From Orbicella franksi (taxonomy: Eukaryota), in contig OZ116704.1 of the NCBI GenBank assembly GCA_964199315.1, positions 10,912,001 through 10,976,000 on the forward strand: 64,000 bases of DNA. Reading direction: 5' to 3'. Below, one piece after another: positions 62,301-64,000 of the stretch. The position numbers were made by a program, and so were the translations under genes. Numbering within the stretch: position 1 is the first letter of the stretch; every line of letters begins with the position of its first letter. Below the pieces are notes generated by a model. It made no database searches, was not told the DNA's origin, and saw only the letters and a program-made list of their open reading frames with translations.

Positions 62301-64000
62301 AACGTGCAGGAGCGAATCACGTTTTGTTTTGGTTTTATTTCTTGTTGGCTAACAAAGTGGCCCGAGTGTTTTTTTTTTTTTCTGTTCTTTTCTTTTTTTA
62401 AACCAGTCACTTAGCGCAGTAATATTGCCAGACAGAAGCAAACGCGAATTACTTTGCGGACACTCACGTGAAAATCGCTCTAAACGTGCTAGTAGCATTT
62501 TTTTTTCTTTTACGTTTCTACCAGTACGATGAGAAGGAGGCGTACGAAAATTTCAAGCAGTTTTATGAAGACACCTTGCCGGAGTTCAGGAAAGCTGGCA
62601 CTGTTGTCCAGTTCAAGGTAACAGTTGTCTTGTTTACACGTCAGTGTTTTGGAAAAAATACAGTAATGTATATAAAATGCAGCAAGATATGTGGAAATTC
62701 ATTTGCGCTTCGCTGTAATTGGTGTAAAACTGAGAGGACTCTCAGTCGCTTACAAGCGCTCTGCGCGGTATAATGCTAGTAGTCTGTGAGCATCTTTTGT
62801 CTTGGTTATGTTGGGACAAGTCCAGCAAAATTCAACACTATTCAAGAACAAAACGAACTCACAGTGGGTAACAGCGATAAGGCAAAACAGTGCCATCTTG
62901 CCCGCTCGGGTAGCCAATCACAGCGCAGGATTCGGTTCATCTTGTCCGCTCACGGAGCTAGCCATATAATAAACAATATCACGGTTTTAGTAGCATAACT
63001 CGGGTTTATTTTCAGGTTTGCTGCAACCATGAACCACATTTGAGAGGCAATGTGTACGTGCAGTTTACCAGGTGTGCATCATTCGTCTGTTAATTGACTC
63101 GTTTTATCTCTCAGCTGCTATTGAATTTCTATCTTCTTCATACTTTGTTACTGTAAAATTCGTTCCATTTGATTTGCAGTGAAGAGGAATGTGCCAAAGC
63201 CTTTGCATTATTTAATGCTCGATGGTATGCTTCGAAGCAGCTCTCCTGTGAATTTTCTCCCGTAACCAAATGGAAGTCAGCAATATGTGGTATGTTTTCA
63301 AAATGTTTGGTACCCTCCGTTCTGCTCTTCTCCTTCCCATCCACATCCCATCTACTTCTCTCTTTACTCTCCCTTCCCAGCCCAACCTTACCTCCTAAAA
63401 CTTGTTGTCGTGTTACTTGTTCAGCTTCATAGGAAAGCGTAAAATCAGAAGACGTGTAGTAAAAGGTTTCCAATCCCTATTTCTACCAGAAACAGATCGT
63501 GAGAAGAGGGAGCTTGGGGGCGCAATATTTGAAGTTCGTGCTGGTGTACTGTCAAGAGTGACAAGTGGGAGAAAGTCTTGTGAATTGTATGCCACTCACA
63601 CGAGACACGAAGACTTTTGGCATGAGAAAGCACTATTAAGATGGCTTTCAGTTGTTGTTGTGTTGTGTTTGTTTGTAGGTCTCTTTGAGCGAAACCGCTG
63701 TCCACGAGGCAAGAACTGCAACTTCCTGCACGTGTACCGAAATCCAGGGAATGAGTTCAGCCACAGAGACGACCGTTCACCAAACCGCACGCCATTCGAC
63801 AGCGGCCGGACTTCCGAGAGATCCGAGAGACGCTGGAGACGAGATCAGTGGAGCCGACGAAGGGATCCGGACCGAGATCAATCGCGGGACAGAGACTGGG
63901 AACAAGACAGCTATAGAAAGCGACGCTTGAGGGACTGGGGCAGAGACAGAGATGATTATCGAAGAAGGCATCGTAGACGAAGTGAGGAGAGAGAACGTGG
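53309..64000 (+). CDS. ZRSR2: U2AF35-related splicing factor (CCCH-UHM-CCCH-RS), 3'-incomplete
   Basis: Phase-consistent exons: 53309-53373, 54094-54185, 54678-54711, 56499-56561, 56895-57003, 57392-57478, 59366-59407, 60041-60109, 60955-61010, 61925-62045, 62525-62617, 63016-63071, 63180-63289, 63679-64000+. SHKQFRRLLKKERRRQKRQ, WLEREAIAQERF, CSFYLKTGACRFGDRCSRQH, HLRGNVYVQF, FNARWYASKQLSCEFSPVTKWKSAICG, CPRGKNCNFLHVYRNP, then an R/D/S-rich tail. Confidence 0.93.
57659..57832. mobile_element. MITE with internal atcaatgagtaatc repeats
   Basis: ccagatgtaaccaat / attagttacatctgg TIRs. Confidence 0.6.
58168..58300. mobile_element. Degenerate MITE
   Basis: gggttgttcacaaggtggatagcactatccac / gatagcattatccagccttcgaacaacctgg. 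Confidence 0.55.
59858..60010. mobile_element. Palindromic dispersed repeat
   Basis: cttgctaacc...actggggaatattggccctcggtc / gacctcggggcaatattccccagt...ggttagtaag. Confidence 0.55.
60165..60400 (+). mobile_element. tRNA-derived SINE (family B)
   Basis: Same head, body and tail as the 50430 copy. Further degraded copies at ~47100-47310, ~59500-59620 and ~61595-61720. Confidence 0.75.

Noticed and set aside
53309-64000. U12-type introns in the minor-spliceosome gene or the RhoGEF
   Set aside because: No donor matches RTATCCTT; all are ordinary GT-AG.

Overview
Eukaryotic, intron-rich, AT-rich DNA; the repeat families and genes suggest an anthozoan cnidarian such as a stony coral (inference). 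0.4-1.7 kb: disabled class A GPCR (minus strand). 2149-13672: an 11.5-kb Sola3-type DNA transposon (TTAA target duplication, GAG...CTC ends, ~640-bp TIRs) acting as a nest. It holds an internally deleted Kolobok element (THAP ORF plus KolX), a head-to-head pair of Penelope retroelements with a 12-bp target duplication and two hammerhead ribozymes, and a truncated Neptune-type Penelope-like element (PLE). 14-34 kb: repeat-rich region with MITEs, SINEs, RTE and L1/Tx1 LINE relics, two CALHM-like relics and two small palindromic PLE/hammerhead insertions. 35669-50984: 12-exon ARHGEF4/ARHGEF9/SPATA13-like RhoGEF (SH3-DH-PH) with a 3.1-kb first coding exon. 53309 to the window end: ZRSR2-like splicing factor, 3'-incomplete. 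The most notable pattern is a recurring head-to-head, tails-out, hammerhead-bearing PLE insertion seen at 4.5 kb and 0.23 kb (both with 12-bp target duplications) and as a ~0.1-kb relic. All calls are from manual reading; no database searches were run.
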